Position numbers and translations under genes: made by a program. This document shows, piece by piece, positions 8,357 through 12,495 of a stretch of 12,495 nucleotides of DNA. Under the pieces are notes generated by a model, which had not been told where the DNA came from, did not search any database, and worked only from the letters and a program-made list of their open reading frames with translations. Source of the DNA: Octopus sinensis (lineage: Eukaryota); the NCBI RefSeq assembly GCF_006345805.1, contig NW_021826424.1, positions 1-12,495 on the forward strand, in the 5' to 3' direction. How positions within the stretch are numbered: the first letter of the stretch is position 1; each line of letters begins with the position of its first letter.

Positions 8357-8576
8357 TTTGATTTCAAATTTTCGTACAATTCCAGACATATTGGGGGGGG
8401 ACAGGATAAATCGATTACAGCGACCCCAGTATTTAACTGGTAGTTATTTCATCGATCTCCGCAGGATGGAAGGTAAAGTCGACCTCGGCGGAATATGAAC
8501 TCAGAATGTAGCGACGGGCGAAATAACATTAAGCATTTCGTCCGGCGTGCTAACGATTCTGCCAGATCCCCGCATT
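8357..8576 (-). mobile_element. Type-A SINE, full length
   Basis: AAAGTCGACCTCGGCGGAATATGAACTCAGAA and AAGCATTTCGTCCGGCGTGCTAACGATTCTGCCAG match the other copies. Confidence 0.9.
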
Positions 8577-8788
8577 ATTATATAATAATAATAACAATAA
8601 CAATAACAATATAATAATATAATAATAATAATACAATAAATAATAAGAAGAAAATAAAAGAAAGAAAGAAGAAGAAGAAGAAGGAAGAAGAAAGAAGAAA
8701 GAAGAACAATAATAATAACAAAATAATAATAATAAATAATAATAATAAATAATAATAACAATAAAGACAATAATAATAATAATAACAA
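8577..8788. repeat. Compound (AAT/AAC)n-(GAA)n-(AAT)n
   Basis: Read directly. Confidence 0.9.
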
Positions 8789-8908
8789 CCAATATTTATG
8801 TTTATAATCCGATATTCGTAGATATATTCTTACTGTAGACGTCCGTGGGGAGCTCTATCCGCAACAATGTCGAGAAGTAATGTGCAACATACTTTAAGAT
8901 TTTAGAAT

Positions 8909-9175
8909 TATACATATATATATTAACATACATACATAATATATATATTATTATATATTTATATCGATATATATATAGATATATATTATATATATTATAT
9001 ATATATATTATATACAATATATGTATCATCTATATATATGGATATAAAGCAGATATGTAATATATATGTATATCTTTATACATGTGTGTGTATCATATAT
9101 GTATTATACATATGTATATACATATATATTTACAATGCATTCATATAAAAATATAGATATATATATTTATATATC
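8909..9175. repeat. Degenerate (TA)n tract
   Basis: Read directly. Confidence 0.9.
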
Positions 9176-9291
9176 TGTCTATGTATGTCGTGCACATACA
9201 TAAATGCTGTCATATATAAGCATACACTGAAAACACACGCACGTTTATGCAGTGATGCCTGTCTGTCTGTCTGTCTGCCTGAAGTATATAT

Positions 9292-10530
9292 TATGTATGT
9301 ATGTATGTATGTATATTATTTTGTATGTATGTAGTATGTACGTATGTATGCAATTATGTTATGTATGGATGTATGGTATGATGTAGTATGTACGTATGTA
9401 TGTACGGCATGTATGTATGTATGTATTTGTATGTATGTATGTATGTATGTAGTATGTATGCATGTCTGTATGTATGTGTATGTGTGTGTGTGTATGTATG
9501 TATGTATGTATGTGTGTTTGTATGTATGTATGTATGTATGGTGTGTATGTATGTATGATGTATGTACGTAGGGTATGTATGTATGTATGTATGTATGATG
9601 TATGTACGTACGATGTATGTATGTATGTAGTATGTATGTATGTACGTACGTACGTATGTATGTATGTATGTATATATGTACGTATGTATGTATGTATGTA
9701 TGTATGTATGTATGTGTATATGTGTGTGTGTACGTATGTATGTATCTGTGTTTGTATGTATGTATGTATGTATGTGTATGTATGTATGTATGTATGTATG
9801 TATGTACGTATGTATGTATGTATGTATGTACGTACGTATGTATGTGTGTATGTATGTATGTATGTATGTATGTACGTACGTACGTATGTATGTATGTATG
9901 TATGTACGTACGTATGTATGTATGTATGTATGTATGTATGTATGTATGTATGTACGTACGTATGTATGCATGTATGTATGTATGTGTATGTGTGTGTGTG
10001 TATGTATGTATGTATGTATGTGTGTTTGTATGTATGTATGTATGTATGTGTATGTATGTATGTATGTATGATGTACGTACGTAGTATGTATGTATGTATG
10101 TATGTATGTACGTACGTATGTATGTATGTATGTATGTATGTATGTATTGTATGTACGTACGTACGTCTTATGTATGTATGTATATATGACGTATGTATGT
10201 ATGTATGTATGTATGTATGTGTTATATGTGTGTTGTGTACGTATGTATGTATGTGTGTTTGTATGTAGTATGTATGTATGGTATGTATGTATGTATGTAT
10301 GTATGTATGCGTATGTAGTGTGTATGTATGTACGTAAGTATGTAGTGTGTATGTATGTATGTATGTATGTATGTACGTAGTATTGTATGTATGTATGTAT
10401 GTACGGACGTATGTAGGTTATGATGTAGTATGTATGTATGTATGTATGTATGTATGTACGTATGTACGTATGTATGTATGTATGTATGTATGTACGTATG
10501 TACGTATGTATGCATGTATGTATTATATGT
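9292..10530. repeat. ~1.2-kb (TATG)n array with TACG/TG variants and a ~508-bp higher-order period
   Basis: 9453-9540 and 9961-10048 are identical at 87/88 positions, including the rare interruptions. Confidence 0.95.
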
Positions 10531-10638
10531 GTAGAGATGGGGAGAGGTAGAGAGAGAGAGAAAGCGAGTGAGGGAGGTAAAGAAACAGAAATGAGAAAAT
10601 GTAAATATTCTGTGATTAAATGTGACACAAGAGAGTGA

Positions 10639-10671
10639 GAAAGAAAGAAAGAAAGAAAGAATGAAAGAAAG

Positions 10672-10706
<35 letters not shown>
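10639..10706. repeat. (GAAA)n
   Basis: Read directly. Confidence 0.95.
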
Positions 10707-10707
<1 letters not shown>

Positions 10708-10836
10708 GAAAAGACAGGACGAAATACAGAGAGAGGAGGGGGAGTTCATATTTAAATGTTTCTTCAGGCTTCAGGTTTAAATTGGAAATCTGACATCATT
10801 ATGGATCCATGTTTATAGTGTAACATGGTTGACTGA

Positions 10837-10850
10837 GTTGCTATAGCAAC
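10837..10850. promoter_or_regulatory. Candidate RFX X-box GTTGCTATAGCAAC
   Basis: Full match to the X-box consensus RTHNYYWTRRNRAC; lies within a perfect 16-bp palindrome (10836-10851) in unique sequence. Function is untested. Confidence 0.45.
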
Positions 10851-10949
10851 TACTGGCTTTTGGCGGTTCAGTGCTCATTAATGTGTGTAAGGTTGGATGC
10901 AGCCTATACGCCAGGGTCTTCCTTACATGCGAGCGAGTGTGCGTTTGTG

Positions 10950-11405
10950 TATGCAAGTATGTATGTACTTTATAAACATATATGCATGTGTATACACACA
11001 CACACACACACACATATATATATGCAAGTATTCTATGTATAAATATATACTTATTGGTACGCACAGACATACACACACATTTATACATTTTTATACATAT
11101 ATCTATATATATATATATATAATATATATATAATATATATTGTGTGTGTGTGGTGCATATATGATTATATTATATGAACATGCAATCTACAAACATAAAA
11201 ATATGAATATATACATTGACTCCTCACACGCATATACATTATGTATAATATATTTTATATTGTATATATATATTATGCATACGCAATACATATATATATG
11301 TATATATATATCATATATACGTATACATATAGGTATGTATATATATACTATATATATAAGTATGATTATTGTAATATCTATATATATATAATATAAGTAT
11401 GATGT

Positions 11406-11462
<57 letters not shown>

Positions 11463-11625
11463 GCATATGTGTATATATATATATATATGTAAGATATCTG
11501 TGTATAACATATATATCCATCTGTCATGTGTGTTTGTATGGTTGTTTGTGTGGCTATGCGTGTGTGTTTGTATGTTTGTGTGTGTGGTTATGCGTGTGTG
11601 TTTGTATGTATGCCTTTTCTGTGAC
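10950..11625. repeat. Compound (CA)n/(TA)n/(TG)n low-complexity tract
   Basis: Read directly. Confidence 0.92.
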
Positions 11626-11659
11626 ACAAATATTCTCTATAGATTCTTGTTAATCTAAT

Positions 11660-11790
11660 CTATCCGCCATGTTGTTTACGCAAGCCAATTGACAAAATGA
11701 CGACATACTCTCTGCCTTCCGCCATAATTATCGTTAAAGCTTGGCTGACTAACACTACTAACGTATTTACCAGCCGTAAGGCGTAAACGC
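11660..11790 (-). promoter_or_regulatory. Promoter-like island: two YY1-type CCGCCAT motifs, forkhead TGTTTAC, CCAAT
   Basis: CCGCCATGTT (11664-11673), TGTTTAC (11673-11679), CCAAT (11685-11689), CCGCCATAAT (11719-11728); nine CpG in ~130 bp. Confidence 0.4.
11709..11725 (-). CDS. Possible first coding micro-exon (MAEGR...), unverified
   Basis: Minus strand reads aattATGGCGGAAGGCAGAGA|gtatgt, with a donor-like GTATGT at 11708-11703. Confidence 0.2.
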
Positions 11791-11941
11791 TGCCATCAAT
11801 GTCAACAGTAATGTAATAATAACCTCTTTAATCTCCTCTACTCTGCCTACTCTCTCTCTCGCTCTCGTTCTCCCTCTCCCTCCACCCACTTGTAACTGTA
11901 TATGATGCTTTCACTAACATTAACTTCACTAATTTTGTAGA

Positions 11942-12018
11942 GAGCAATGTCGTAACGAGCAATGTCGTAACGAGCAATGTCGTAACGAGCAATGTCATAA
12001 GTACAGCGATGTCGTAAC
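11942..12018. repeat. 15-bp minisatellite GAGCAATGTCGTAAC: three perfect plus two variant units
   Basis: Units start at 11942, 11957, 11972, 11987 (variant) and 12004 (variant, after a 2-nt offset). Confidence 0.95.
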
Positions 12019-12419
12019 AACAGTAATACCTCGCTTCCAGCAATATTGTTCAATAAGCGTTCAATATGGATGATGTAACAGCGATCTTGTACTAACGAGA
12101 TTGATTAATGGACGAGTTAATTCTTGGTCACAGTTATGTCGTAGAAGCATTATAGCTGGTGTAACTATGCTTGTTGTTCTAAGAGGTGAAAGAAGTAAAC
12201 AGTTAAATTTAAAGACAGCGTTCATTCCTTGCAGTCGAACGGACCGTCGTAAGCTTCGTAGGTTAAGAAACGTGGCATCGTTTTGAAATTATTTATCCTT
12301 TACAGATAGAATGATGTAGACGGGAAATAAAACTAGAGCTGCAGTATTTGAAGAAGTTGAGCACTCTTGTAACAAATGATGTTTTTAAATACTGAAATAC
12401 AATAATACAGAGTGTTTCA

Positions 12420-12495
12420 TACATCATACATACATATATCTAAATATATATATTATTATACATACATATTATATATATATATATATATATATATG
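12420..12495. repeat. (TACA)/(TA)n tract running off the window
   Basis: Read directly. Confidence 0.9.

Noticed and set aside
9354-10628. 424-aa ORF and the overlapping YVCM/HTYI ORFs
   Set aside because: These are translations of (TATG)n, which lacks stops in most frames; there is no protein-like complexity.
11942-12018. CRISPR-like array
   Set aside because: The units are head-to-tail with no spacers, there are no cas genes, and the context is eukaryotic.
12289-12380. Strong plus-strand acceptor TTATTTATCCTTTACAG (AG at 12304-12305)
   Set aside because: All three frames stop within five codons, and such motifs are common in AT-rich DNA; it could only be a non-coding exon.

Overview
This is eukaryotic, AT-rich, non-coding DNA made mostly of microsatellites and tRNA-derived SINE copies. 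The SINE sequences match my recollection of octopod (Octopus) repeats, but I ran no search to confirm this. No protein-coding gene is supported: nearly all ORFs in the track are translations of simple repeats or SINE bodies. I label the SINE types A-D for this window only. The most notable observations are: (1) a 289-bp foldback element (5822-6110) whose 11 arm-to-arm transitions all give G-U wobbles on the minus strand; (2) a ~508-bp higher-order period hidden in a 1.2-kb (TATG)n array; (3) SINE module shuffling, including a dimer, shared tails, shared heads and a nested insertion with a target-site duplication (TSD); (4) a perfect RFX X-box; and (5) a promoter-like island at 11660-11790 with a possible minus-strand first coding exon. 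I do not see a new multi-gene system here, and these findings are hypotheses from manual reading.
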